Of a DNA stretch of 64,000 bases, positions 26,711-35,354 are shown piece after piece. A model generated the notes under the pieces. The model was not told where the DNA came from, did no database searches, and saw nothing but the letters and a program-made list of their open reading frames with translations. Position 1 is the stretch's first letter. The number at the start of each line of letters is the position of its first letter. Both the position numbers and the translations under genes were made by a program. This DNA is from Acidimicrobiia bacterium (GTDB lineage Bacteria; Actinomycetota; Acidimicrobiia; IMCC26256; DASPTH01), in NCBI GenBank assembly GCA_036502765.1, contig DASXXX010000031.1, forward strand, positions 56,696 through 120,695. Reading direction: 5' to 3'.

Positions 26711-29634
26711 GCGGTCGGCGCCGCGGCACCGAGGTACGCGGCGGTCAGCTGGTGCAGGTCGGCCTCGGCCCGAGGCCCGCACCACACGATCCTGCCGAGC
26801 TCCATGTAGGCGATCACGTCCGCGATCTCCAGCGCGTTGCGCGCGTGTTCTTCGACGAGGAGCACGGCACATCCCCGATCCCGCAACTCCTCGATCGCTC
26901 GCATCACGACATCGGCGGCGAGTGGCGCGAGGCCGAGAGTCGGTTCGTCGGCGATGAGGACGTGAGGAGGATCGGCGAGGGCGGGGGCGAGGCTCAGCAT
27001 CTGCTGTTCGCCACCGGAGAGAAGCCCGGCGGTCTGCTTCCGCCGTTCCCGCAGGATGGGGAACCGATCGAAGGCGAGCTCCCGGAGGGCAGGATCCCGG
27101 AGGAGCACGGTGAGGTTGTCCTCGACGGTGAGCCCCGGGAAGATGCCCCGTGCCTCCGGCACGAGTTGCACCCCGAGCTTGCGGGCGCGGTCGAAGGGCA
27201 TCATCTTCGTGATGTCGTCGCCGTCGACGACCACCTTCCCGGTCTGGGCGTCCACGAGCCCGCTGGCAACCGCACAGAACGTCGACTTCCCGGCTCCGTT
27301 GGCTCCCAAGAGCGCAACGATCGTGCCGGGCGCGATCCCGAGCGTCACACCGTGGAGCACTTCGACGTCTCCGTAACCTGCGACCACACGCTCGAGGGAC
27401 AGCGCCGCGCCATCGAGGGTCGCCGCGCCGGTGGGGTCCGCGGGCCCAGGTCGGCCGCTCGTGTGCTGCTGTTCGTGTTCGGGGACCTCGCCTCCGTGCA
27501 CCTCGGCCTCGATGCGCTCGATGGCTGCTTCGCGCTCCTTCTTTCGGCGCTTGGCGAGGCGTTGTTGGCCGGAGAGCGCCAAGATCCCGTCGGGTTCCTG
27601 GGCGAGGTTGATCGCTCCGAGGCCGGACAGGATCGCCACGAAGTAGATGGAGTTCATGAGGTCGGTGACCGAGCCCTGCGGGAGGATGTCGGTCGCGAGC
27701 CAGTGGAAGATCGCGGGCGAGCACGCCAGCGCGAAGCCGGCGAGCAGCGCGCCGCCGGGTCGACGGATCCCGAAGGTGACGGCAAGGGACAGCCAGAAGA
27801 GCGTGACGTAGGGGCCGGCGCTCTTGTCGGTGAAGATGAACGTCTGCATGCCGAGGAACGCTCCGGCGAAGCCGGCGAGCGCGCCCGAGAACGCGAAGAG
27901 CAGGATCTTCGATCGTCCCGAGCGGATGCCGGTCGCCTCCGCGGCGACTTCCGAGCTGCGAACCGCGTACGTCGCCCGACCGGACGGCGAGCGCATGAGT
28001 GAGTGGATCAGGAGCGTGGCGACGCCGAAGATCACCAACATCACCAGGATCTGGTCTTCGACGCGCGCGAGGTCGATGATCGGTTGGGGACCCTTCACGA
28101 GCAGGTCGTTGATCCAGTTCAAGCCCGGGATGTCGATGGTGGGGGTGCGGATGGCCCAGCCGCTCGAGTCGTTGTTGAATCCGTTCTGGCTGAAGATCAA
28201 CACGTCCGCGGAGAACGCGAGCGCGAGCGTGCCGATCGCGAGGCTCGCTCCGCTCAGGCGCCGCACCGGGATTGCGACCAACGCGCCCGTGGCCGCGGCG
28301 ACGATCGCGCCGAGGAGCGCGGCGAGCAGGAAGTTGAGTTGGCCGTGGGTGGCCACCAACGGCAGGTCGAAGCCCCAGTCGTAATTCAGGGCCCAGCCCG
28401 CGGTCAGTCCACCGGCGGTGACGAAGGTCGCCTGCGCGAGGCTCACCATGCCGCCCATGCCGGTGATGACCACGAACGACAGAAAGATCAGCCCCATGGT
28501 CAAGCCGAGGACGATGAGTCCCTGCTCGTAGGAGTCGGCCTGCAGTGCGGGAACGTTGATCCAGTCGAGTGAGAACGCCACGAGGCAGATCGTCGCGATC
28601 ACCCATGGCAGCCGGCGCCGCCACGGCGGGAGCCCGGTGCGGTGGTCGGGGCGGGGAACGTCGTCGGCGACCGACCCGGCCTGCCGGTCGCGCTTGCGCG
28701 ACGAGACCCAGAAGAGCAACAAGAGCAGGGTGATGACGTACGGCACGGACGAGCGGAGACCGCTGAGGTTGGCCAGGAAGTCGGGAAGCACCTCGGTGCT
28801 GTAACCGGCGACGAGGTTGGCGACGATGCCGAGGAGGAGCCCGCCGACGAGGGCGATCGGGATCGAGCGGAGCCGCGCCAGCGCGACGGCGGCCAGCGAC
28901 CCGAGCACGATGAAGGTGATCGTCGTCTCGTCGAGTGAAAACAGCGGAGCGATCAGCACGCCACCGAGTCCGGCGAGGATCATCGTGAGGATCCACGCGA
29001 CCGCGGAGCTGCGTGCGGCATTGACGCCACGGAGCTGGGCCAACTGCTCGCGGTCGACGACGGCGCGCATCTCGAGGCCGATGCGGGTGCGCCGGAGCAC
29101 GAACCAGAGGAGGATCGCGGCGACGACTGCGCAGATCAGCACCGCGAGCTGGTCGGTGTTCAACGCGATGTGGTCGCTGATCCTGATGGTCTTCGCCGGC
29201 GATGGGCCGATCCCGGGGGGTTGGACGTTGCCCTGGTCTGCCTTGTTCGTGGGCAATCCGAGATCGAAGAGCCCGTTGCCCACCGCCTCGACGAGCCAGT
29301 TCGTGAGACTCGGCAGTGCCACCAGGAGACCGATCGTGCCGACGATCCGCGCGTAGACGGGAGCGTGTGCAAGTCGACGGAGCAGGATCCGGTCGAGGAA
29401 CAACCCGAGCAGGGGAGCGAAGACGAACACCGAGATGATGAGCGAGGGCACGATCGGGATTCCCTGGCCGACGTGCAGTTGGTAATAGAGGTACGCGACG
29501 GTGAACGCGACCGCGCCGTGCGCGAAGTTGAAGATGCCCGACGTCTGGTAGGTGAGGACGAGCCCTGCCGCCATGATGGCGTAGATCGAGCCGGTGACCG
29601 CGCCTGAGATGACGATGTCGATCAGCTTGTTCAT
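26689..29634 (-). CDS. ABC transporter triple fusion: LivH-like permease + LivM-like permease + LivF-like ATPase
   Basis: 981 aa read from ATG 29634 (AGAGGA upstream). LivH-like part: N-terminal MNKLIDIVISGAVTGSIYAIMAAGLVLTYQTSGIFNFAHGA. LivM-like part: central ITGMGGMVSLAQATFVTAGGL. LivF-like part: C-terminal VAGYGDVEVLHGVTLGIAPGTIVALLGANGAGKST ... LSGGEQQMLSLA ... LIADEPTLGLAP. Confidence 0.85.
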   Translation of the reverse strand: MNKLIDIVISGAVTGSIYAIMAAGLVLTYQTSGIFNFAHGAVAFTVAYLYYQLHVGQGIPIVPSLIISVFVFAPLLGLFLDRILLRRLAHAPVYARIVGTIGLLVALPSLTNWLVEAVGNGLFDLGLPTNKADQGNVQPPGIGPSPAKTIRISDHIALNTDQLAVLICAVVAAILLWFVLRRTRIGLEMRAVVDREQLAQLRGVNAARSSAVAWILTMILAGLGGVLIAPLFSLDETTITFIVLGSLAAVALARLRSIPIALVGGLLLGIVANLVAGYSTEVLPDFLANLSGLRSSVPYVITLLLLLFWVSSRKRDRQAGSVADDVPRPDHRTGLPPWRRRLPWVIATICLVAFSLDWINVPALQADSYEQGLIVLGLTMGLIFLSFVVITGMGGMVSLAQATFVTAGGLTAGWALNYDWGFDLPLVATHGQLNFLLAALLGAIVAAATGALVAIPVRRLSGASLAIGTLALAFSADVLIFSQNGFNNDSSGWAIRTPTIDIPGLNWINDLLVKGPQPIIDLARVEDQILVMLVIFGVATLLIHSLMRSPSGRATYAVRSSEVAAEATGIRSGRSKILLFAFSGALAGFAGAFLGMQTFIFTDKSAGPYVTLFWLSLAVTFGIRRPGGALLAGFALACSPAIFHWLATDILPQGSVTDLMNSIYFVAILSGLGAINLAQEPDGILALSGQQRLAKRRKKEREAAIERIEAEVHGGEVPEHEQQHTSGRPGPADPTGAATLDGAALSLERVVAGYGDVEVLHGVTLGIAPGTIVALLGANGAGKSTFCAVASGLVDAQTGKVVVDGDDITKMMPFDRARKLGVQLVPEARGIFPGLTVEDNLTVLLRDPALRELAFDRFPILRERRKQTAGLLSGGEQQMLSLAPALADPPHVLIADEPTLGLAPLAADVVMRAIEELRDRGCAVLLVEEHARNALEIADVIAYMELGRIVWCGPRAEADLHQLTAAYLGAAAPTAQRLPSG

Positions 29635-29755
29635 GCGTCCTCTGCGTGCTCGAACCGCTGTCGACCGCGACAGCCGGTGCCTTCGCGTTCCGTGGTCATG
29701 GCCCCCCAGCGCATCGACGCAGGTGTTCGCAATCATGTCGCGACGAGGCGCAACA

Positions 29756-29783
29756 TGTCAACAAACAATGCTCAATTGTACAG
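29756..29783. promoter_or_regulatory. AT-rich island upstream of the ABC fusion gene
   Basis: On the minus strand it reads CTGTACAATTGAGCATTGTTTGTTGACA. It contains a TTGACA hexamer (29761-29756) and shares the 10-mer ACAAACAATG (29761-29770) with 10875-10884. Confidence 0.35.
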
Positions 29784-29801
29784 CCACCGTGGGCTCACGG
29801 G

Positions 29802-30881
29802 TCAGCGATTCCGGAGCCAGTCCGCCACCGCGTCCCGGTGGCCGCCACGCCCACCGAGCAGCGCGGCAAGGACGGCGGCGCGGCGAAGGAACACGTGCGC
29901 GACGTGCTCCCACGTGTACCCGATGCCCCCGAAGACCTGGATCACGCCCTCCGGCACCGACCTCAAGGAATCCACGGCCCAGAAGGCCGCCAAGGACGTC
30001 AGCGCCGCGGCATCCGCCGCTTCTGACTCCACTGCGACCGCGGCACGCGCGACGAGTGCGCGGCTGACCTCGATGGCCGCCCGCTGGTCCACGAGTCGGT
30101 GCTTGATCGCCTGGAACGAACCGATCGGGCGATCAAACGCCACGCGGTGCTTCGCGTAGTCGACGCCGAGGGCATTGGCGCCGGCCGCAACGCCCGTCAG
30201 CTCGGCGGCCCATCCGAGGGTGAGCCGCTGCATCGTTGCCGCCCATCGGTCGACGGCTTCGTCGCCGAAGGCAATGACCTCGTCGTCGGAGGCCGTCACG
30301 TCATGGAGCTCGAGCGAGACGCTCGGCATCGCGTCGAGCGGGCGGAGCTCGGAGCGCTCGACGCCGATGGACTCGGTGGCGATCTGGAGGAGCGTCGCCG
30401 TGCCGTCTGGTCGCCGGGCGTGCACCAGCATTCGTTCGGCGACGTCGCCGTAGGGCACGAACCCATGTGACCCGGACACCACGACCTTGGCGCCTGCTTC
30501 GAGCGTCGCGGGTGTCGGCGACGGGACGGGGACGATCCCGACGGTTCCTTCCGTCTGGGGTCGTCCGGTGCACCAGTTCCCGACGGCGACGGGCACAAAG
30601 GGGATCGGCGCCGTCGACGCGCCGATGGACTCCGCGATCACGCAGAGGTCCGGCACGGTCCCCCCACCGTCTTCGGCCTCGAGCAGGATGTCGGCCCATC
30701 CGAGTCCGGCAACGGTGTGCCAGAGACCGACAGCCCAGGTCGGCGCCTCCGCGTCGAGCAGGTCGCGCGAGCGGTCCGCGGACCACTCCCGCGCGAGGAC
30801 GTCGTCGGCCATGGTTCGCACCGCGGTGAGATGCTCGGCCGCGTCGGCAAGCGCGAGGAGAGAAGCCGAGTCAGCGGTCAC
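29802..30881 (-). CDS. Acyl-CoA dehydrogenase family protein, beta-like partner subunit
   Basis: 359 aa, shorter and divergent, with an ACAD C-terminal helical-domain-like sequence (FQAIKHRLVD...). Its GTG start overlaps the end of the upstream ACAD by 11 nt. Confidence 0.8.
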   Translation of the reverse strand: MTADSASLLALADAAEHLTAVRTMADDVLAREWSADRSRDLLDAEAPTWAVGLWHTVAGLGWADILLEAEDGGGTVPDLCVIAESIGASTAPIPFVPVAVGNWCTGRPQTEGTVGIVPVPSPTPATLEAGAKVVVSGSHGFVPYGDVAERMLVHARRPDGTATLLQIATESIGVERSELRPLDAMPSVSLELHDVTASDDEVIAFGDEAVDRWAATMQRLTLGWAAELTGVAAGANALGVDYAKHRVAFDRPIGSFQAIKHRLVDQRAAIEVSRALVARAAVAVESEAADAAALTSLAAFWAVDSLRSVPEGVIQVFGGIGYTWEHVAHVFLRRAAVLAALLGGRGGHRDAVADWLRNR

Positions 30882-32115
30882 GGGGAAGTCCGAGGAGCTT
30901 TTCGCCGATCACGTTGCGCTGGATCTCGGAGGTGCCTGCGCCGAGTGTTGCGGCCCGCATCAGCAGGTAGCTCTTGGCGACGTTGCCTCCCTTGGCGGCT
31001 CCGTCGGAACCCCGTTGCAGCGTGCCGCTGACGCCTGCCATCTCCAGCCCGAAGTTGGCCATCGCCTGGTCCACCTCGGACGTCAGCAGCTTCGCGACCG
31101 AGGCTTCGGGTCCCGGAGCCGTGCCGCGAACGCCGGCGGCGGTTGCCTGCGCTGATATCTGGCGCAACGCCTCGACTTGCGCGGCGAATCGCACGAGGTG
31201 GTCGAGCGTCCACGGGTCGTCCATCGGGCAACTCCCGTCGGCTGCCGGGTCGGTTGCCGGCTCGGTTGCCATGGCGAGGAGGATCGCGAGTCGTCGTTCG
31301 ATCCGGTGCGTCCGACTCTGGCCGACGCGTTCGTATCCGAGCGTCGAGTTCGCGACCCGCCATCCCGCATCCACCGGACCGACGACGTTGGCGAGTGGCA
31401 CACGGACGTCGGTGAAGAACACCTCGTTGAACTCGGCGGTTCCGGTGATCTGGCGGATGGGGCGGATCTCGATGCCCGGTGTGCGGAGGTCGACGAGGAG
31501 GAAGCTGATGCCTTCGTGCTTGGGCGCGTCCGGATTCGTGCGGGCGAGGATGTAGATCCAGTCCGCGTACTGCGCCTTCGACGTCCAGATCTTCTGCCCG
31601 TTCACGAGGAAGTGGTCGTCGACGAGCTCCGCGCGGGTGCGCAGCGATGCGAGGTCACTCCCGGCGTCCGGCTCGCTGAACCCCTGGCACCAGACGTCAG
31701 CAGCGTTCAGGATCCGAGGGAGGTAATGCGCACGTTGCGTGTCGTCGCCCCACTGGATGATGGTCGGACCGAGCTGGTTGACGGCGCTGCGGTTGATCGC
31801 ATCCGGTGCGCGGTGGCGAGCAAGCTCCGCATTGAACACCAGCTGTTGCACGACCGTCGCGCCTCTCCCTCCGTGGACGACCGGCCAGCTCACCGCCGCG
31901 AGTCCCGCCGCATGGAGACGCCTCTGCCACTCGCGCAGCAACGCGACACGCTTGGCTTCGGATCGCTCCCGACTCGCGCTGACCAGCTCCGATGTCAGCT
32001 CGGTCTCGAGGAACGCGAGCACCTCGTTCCGAAACTCGCGGTCTTCCGGCGCGAGAGGAACGCCGAAGTCGTCGACGTCGCGACGGGACCCACCGGCGCG
32101 AGATCCGACCGTCAC
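30871..32115 (-). CDS. Acyl-CoA dehydrogenase, alpha-like subunit
   Basis: QGFSEPDAGSDLASLRTRAE, FLVNGQKIWTSKA, LGYERVG and C-terminal GAGTSEIQRNVIGEKLLGLPRD. Confidence 0.9.
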   Translation of the reverse strand: MTVGSRAGGSRRDVDDFGVPLAPEDREFRNEVLAFLETELTSELVSASRERSEAKRVALLREWQRRLHAAGLAAVSWPVVHGGRGATVVQQLVFNAELARHRAPDAINRSAVNQLGPTIIQWGDDTQRAHYLPRILNAADVWCQGFSEPDAGSDLASLRTRAELVDDHFLVNGQKIWTSKAQYADWIYILARTNPDAPKHEGISFLLVDLRTPGIEIRPIRQITGTAEFNEVFFTDVRVPLANVVGPVDAGWRVANSTLGYERVGQSRTHRIERRLAILLAMATEPATDPAADGSCPMDDPWTLDHLVRFAAQVEALRQISAQATAAGVRGTAPGPEASVAKLLTSEVDQAMANFGLEMAGVSGTLQRGSDGAAKGGNVAKSYLLMRAATLGAGTSEIQRNVIGEKLLGLPRDR

Positions 32116-32180
32116 GTTCCTTCCGACGACGTGCTCGTGCTTTCGAGCGCCACGTCGGAAGGGTCGGGAGCCATGGCGGT

Positions 32181-32212
32181 ACTGTATGACATCTCATGTA
32201 CAGAAGTACAGT
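32181..32212. promoter_or_regulatory. 32-bp AT-rich divergent promoter/operator element (copy 2)
   Basis: ACTGTATGACATCTCATGTACAGAAGTACAGT is 27/32 identical to 10867-10898. It contains the 12-mer TATGACATCTCA, which is also present as its reverse complement at 62146-62157. Confidence 0.55.
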
Positions 32213-32242
32213 GCGGTGGCGCCAAGCGAATGCTGCGGAGGA

Positions 32243-33133
32243 ATGCTCGTGGCCGACCAGGACGAGTTCGAGATCGACGAAGACTGGGTGCTCTACGACG
32301 TCGTCGCGCCACACATCGCTCGCATCACGATCAACCGGCCCGAACGTCGGAATGCGATCCTCTCGCCGGACATGCACGGGTTGTTCGAGGATCGCCTGCG
32401 CCGAGCCGAGAACGACGACGACATCAAGGTCGTCCTCCTCACGGGCGCCGGATCCGACTTCTGCGCCGGCGACGACGTGCGTCGCCTCCCCGTCGAGCGA
32501 GCCGGCCTCGAGAGGGGCTCGAAACTGCCCCAGACCGCCAGGATCGCCAACGCCCGGCGTCTCCACCGCCACCTGACCAACTGGCTGGAGTTTCCCAAGA
32601 CCGTGATCGCCGTCTGCCAGGGCACGACGCTCGGGGCCGGCTTCAACCTCGTGCTCGCTGCGGACCTCGTCATCACGGCAGAAGGAGCCACCTTCGGCCG
32701 CCCGCAGGCGCGGATCGGCTTCGCCGGCTTCAGCACCGCGATGCCGCTCGTCCTGTTGAAGCTGGGTCCGAACCGCGGGTACGAAGCGATGATCACCGGT
32801 CGACGCATCACGGCCGAAGAGATGCGGGACTGGGGCGTCGTCTCATCGATCGTTCCGGCCGCCGACCTCGAAGCAGAAGCGATGCGCTACGCGCAGGCGA
32901 TCGCTCACCATTCCGCCGACGGGCTGATGATCGGGAAGCAGGCGCTCATCACCTTCTGGCACGGCGTCGGCATGGCCGAGTTCGGCGACTGGGTGCAGAT
33001 GGCGCACCCGCTGTTCACGAACCTCGTCTGGCGCGATGACGAGTTCAACTTCTTCAAGGAACGGGGCGAGCGTGGCGCCAAGGGCGCGCTCACCGAGTTG
33101 CAGCGCCGCTATGCGGAGTGGGGCTTCGAGTAG
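32243..33133 (+). CDS. Enoyl-CoA hydratase/isomerase (crotonase fold)
   Basis: ARITINRPERRNAI ... VVLLTGAGSDFCAGDD. ATG 32243 directly follows GGAGGA, so the start is uncertain by a few codons. Confidence 0.85.
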   Translation: MLVADQDEFEIDEDWVLYDVVAPHIARITINRPERRNAILSPDMHGLFEDRLRRAENDDDIKVVLLTGAGSDFCAGDDVRRLPVERAGLERGSKLPQTARIANARRLHRHLTNWLEFPKTVIAVCQGTTLGAGFNLVLAADLVITAEGATFGRPQARIGFAGFSTAMPLVLLKLGPNRGYEAMITGRRITAEEMRDWGVVSSIVPAADLEAEAMRYAQAIAHHSADGLMIGKQALITFWHGVGMAEFGDWVQMAHPLFTNLVWRDDEFNFFKERGERGAKGALTELQRRYAEWGFE

Positions 33134-33167
33134 CGGCGGCGCCGCGACCTCATCTGTGATACACAAC

Positions 33168-33184
33168 AGAACACATAGTGTTCT
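33168..33184. promoter_or_regulatory. Perfect 7-3-7 inverted repeat, candidate TetR-type operator
   Basis: AGAACAC-ATA-GTGTTCT lies in an AT-rich patch 28 nt upstream of ATG 33212. The same GAAC-N7-GTTC architecture occurs at 56134-56148 and 57286-57300. Confidence 0.5.
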
Positions 33185-33211
33185 ACTGATTCAACGAGGG
33201 AGCACTGCGAC

Positions 33212-34117
33212 ATGGGGTTACTCACAGGACGCACCGCGGTCGTCACCGGGGCCGGACGTGGGATCGGTGCAGCCGTGGCCGTCGGCCTGGCGGCAGAGGG
33301 GGCATCGGTCCTCGTGTCCGACGCCGGGGTCGGAGTCGACGGGACCGGCTGCGACGCCGGACCGGCCGAAGCAACCGCAGCGCTCATCACTGCAGCAGGC
33401 GGCATCGGAGTCGCCGACGCGACCGACGTCACCGACTTCGACGCGTGCGGTCGCTTGATCGAACGCGCAGTCGGAGAGTTCGGACGGCTCGACATCCTTG
33501 CGAACGTCGCCGGGATCCTGCGCGACAGCATGATCTTCAAGATGCACGAGAGCGACTGGGACGCCGTCATCGACGTGCACCTCAAGGGCACGTTCAACAC
33601 GACGCGACATGCGTCGCAGTGGTGGCGCGAGCACCGGGGCGGTCAGTACCGCTTGATCAACTTCACCTCGTTGTCCGGGTTGCAGGGCGCGCCGAGTCAG
33701 CCGAACTACGCCGCCGCGAAGCTCGGCATCGTCGGCCTCACCTACTCGTGCGCCAACAGCCTCCGCAACTATGGAGTCACTGCCAACGCGGTCGCTCCCG
33801 TCGCGGGGACGCGCATGACCCAGGGCATCGGAAGTGGACGCGCGAGTCTCGACTACTCGGCCGAAAACCCGCGGCTTGCGCCTGAGAACGTCGTACCGCC
33901 GGTGCTCTACCTCGCGTCGGAGCGTTCAGAGTGGCTGAATCGGCGGATCATCTTCGCCGGCAACGGGCGCATCTCCCTGTTCTCGAATCCGGTCGTCGAG
34001 CGGGAGATCGTCTCCGAGTCCGGCACGTGGGACAACGAGACGGCGTTCGCCGAGATGGAGGAGTCGTTCAAGAGCGCGATCCTGTGGCCGAACTTCTTCG
34101 ACAAGCCCCGCGACTGA
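33212..34117 (+). CDS. SDR resembling the dehydrogenase domain of MFE-2/17beta-HSD4-type (3R)-hydroxyacyl-CoA dehydrogenases
   Basis: TAVVTGAGRGIGAAVA, AGILRDSMIFKMHESDWDAVIDVHLKGTFNTTR and YAAAKLGIVGL. Confidence 0.8.
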   Translation: MGLLTGRTAVVTGAGRGIGAAVAVGLAAEGASVLVSDAGVGVDGTGCDAGPAEATAALITAAGGIGVADATDVTDFDACGRLIERAVGEFGRLDILANVAGILRDSMIFKMHESDWDAVIDVHLKGTFNTTRHASQWWREHRGGQYRLINFTSLSGLQGAPSQPNYAAAKLGIVGLTYSCANSLRNYGVTANAVAPVAGTRMTQGIGSGRASLDYSAENPRLAPENVVPPVLYLASERSEWLNRRIIFAGNGRISLFSNPVVEREIVSESGTWDNETAFAEMEESFKSAILWPNFFDKPRD

Positions 34118-34121
34118 CGCC

Positions 34122-35354
34122 ATGGGTGCGTTGGACCACATCCGCATCTGCGACTTCGGCGGACAGCTCGCCGGAGCCGGTGCGACGAAACTGCTCGCCG
34201 CGTTCGGCGCCGAAGTGATCCGCGTCGAGGATCCGACCACGCAGGGACGCTGGGACATGATGCGCGTGGTCGGGCCGTACGTCGACGAACGTCGCGGTGT
34301 CGATCTCGGCGGCGGCTTCAACAACCACAACGTCAACAAACTCGGCGTCACGATCAACCTCCGCGCGCCGGAGGGTCCTGCCCTGCTGGAGAAGCTGCTC
34401 GCGGTGTGCGACGTCGTGACCGAGAACTTCGCCGCCGGAGTCCTCGACCGTCTCGGATTCGGCTACGAGGCACTCGCCGCCATCAAGCCCGACATCATCT
34501 ACGTCTCGAATTGCGGATTTGGCCACACCGGTCCCCACAGATCCTTCAAGACCTGGGGGCCCGTCGTGCAGGCGGTCAGCGGACTGACGTTCAACAACGG
34601 ACTTCCCGACGAGGAACCCGCGGGCTGGGGCTTCTCGTACATGGACCACGGCGCCGCGGGGTTCATGGCGATCGCCATCCTCGCCGCGCTGCATCACCGC
34701 GAGGTCACGGGCGAGGGACAGTGGGTCGACCTCGCGAGCACCACCGCGGGCATCACGATGCAACGCACCGCCGTCCTCGACTGGACCGTCAATGGCCGGC
34801 CGTCGCGACGCCCCGGGCAACCCAACGGCAACCACGCCGACTTCGACGCGATGGCACCTCACAACATCTACGCCGCGCTCGGCGACGACCGATGGGTCGC
34901 GCTCGCTTGTCGTGACGACGACGACTGGCGGGCGCTCTGCGACCTCGTCGACGACGACGATGCGCGTGCCGGCCGATTCTCGGGCCTCGCGGGCCGACTC
35001 GAACACCAGGACCAGCTCGACGAAATCATCGGGCGCTGGGTCGGCGGGCGTGAAGCCGGCGCCGCCGCGAGCGAGCTCGTCGCTGCGGGCGTTCCTGCCA
35101 GCGTCGTGAAGAGCCCTCGCGAACGGATCGACGAAGATCCCGACCTCGACGCCTGGGGGCTCTTCCCGAGCGTCGACCATCCGTTGATGGGTGAGGTGCG
35201 AGTCGAGGGGGTTCCGCTCCACTTCTCGGAGACGGACTGGTCCATCGACAAGGCCGCGCCGCTCCTCGGTGAGGACAACGACCGGATCTTCCGCGAGCTC
35301 CTGGATCTCGACGGCGCCGAGCTCGAACGCCTGCGATCCGAAGGGGTCGTATGA
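34122..35354 (+). CDS. Family III CoA-transferase (type A partner)
   Basis: IRICDFGGQLAGAGATKLLAAFGAEVIRVEDP, and later VSNCGFGHTGP and SYMDHGAAGFMAIAILAAL. Confidence 0.9.
   Translation: MGALDHIRICDFGGQLAGAGATKLLAAFGAEVIRVEDPTTQGRWDMMRVVGPYVDERRGVDLGGGFNNHNVNKLGVTINLRAPEGPALLEKLLAVCDVVTENFAAGVLDRLGFGYEALAAIKPDIIYVSNCGFGHTGPHRSFKTWGPVVQAVSGLTFNNGLPDEEPAGWGFSYMDHGAAGFMAIAILAALHHREVTGEGQWVDLASTTAGITMQRTAVLDWTVNGRPSRRPGQPNGNHADFDAMAPHNIYAALGDDRWVALACRDDDDWRALCDLVDDDDARAGRFSGLAGRLEHQDQLDEIIGRWVGGREAGAAASELVAAGVPASVVKSPRERIDEDPDLDAWGLFPSVDHPLMGEVRVEGVPLHFSETDWSIDKAAPLLGEDNDRIFRELLDLDGAELERLRSEGVV

Noticed and set aside
25946-28996. 1016-aa ORF on the minus strand, the longest in the track together with 26689..29736
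   Set aside because: It is extremely Arg/Pro/Gly-rich with no recognisable motif. It lies in an alternative frame of the well-supported ABC fusion gene and antisense to the SDR. This is a typical high-GC shadow ORF.
32216-32245. In-frame GTG at 32216 as a leaderless start for the enoyl-CoA hydratase
   Set aside because: It lies only 3 nt after the -10-like hexamer, which is too close for initiation at that codon. ATG 32243 was kept, with its uncertainty noted.
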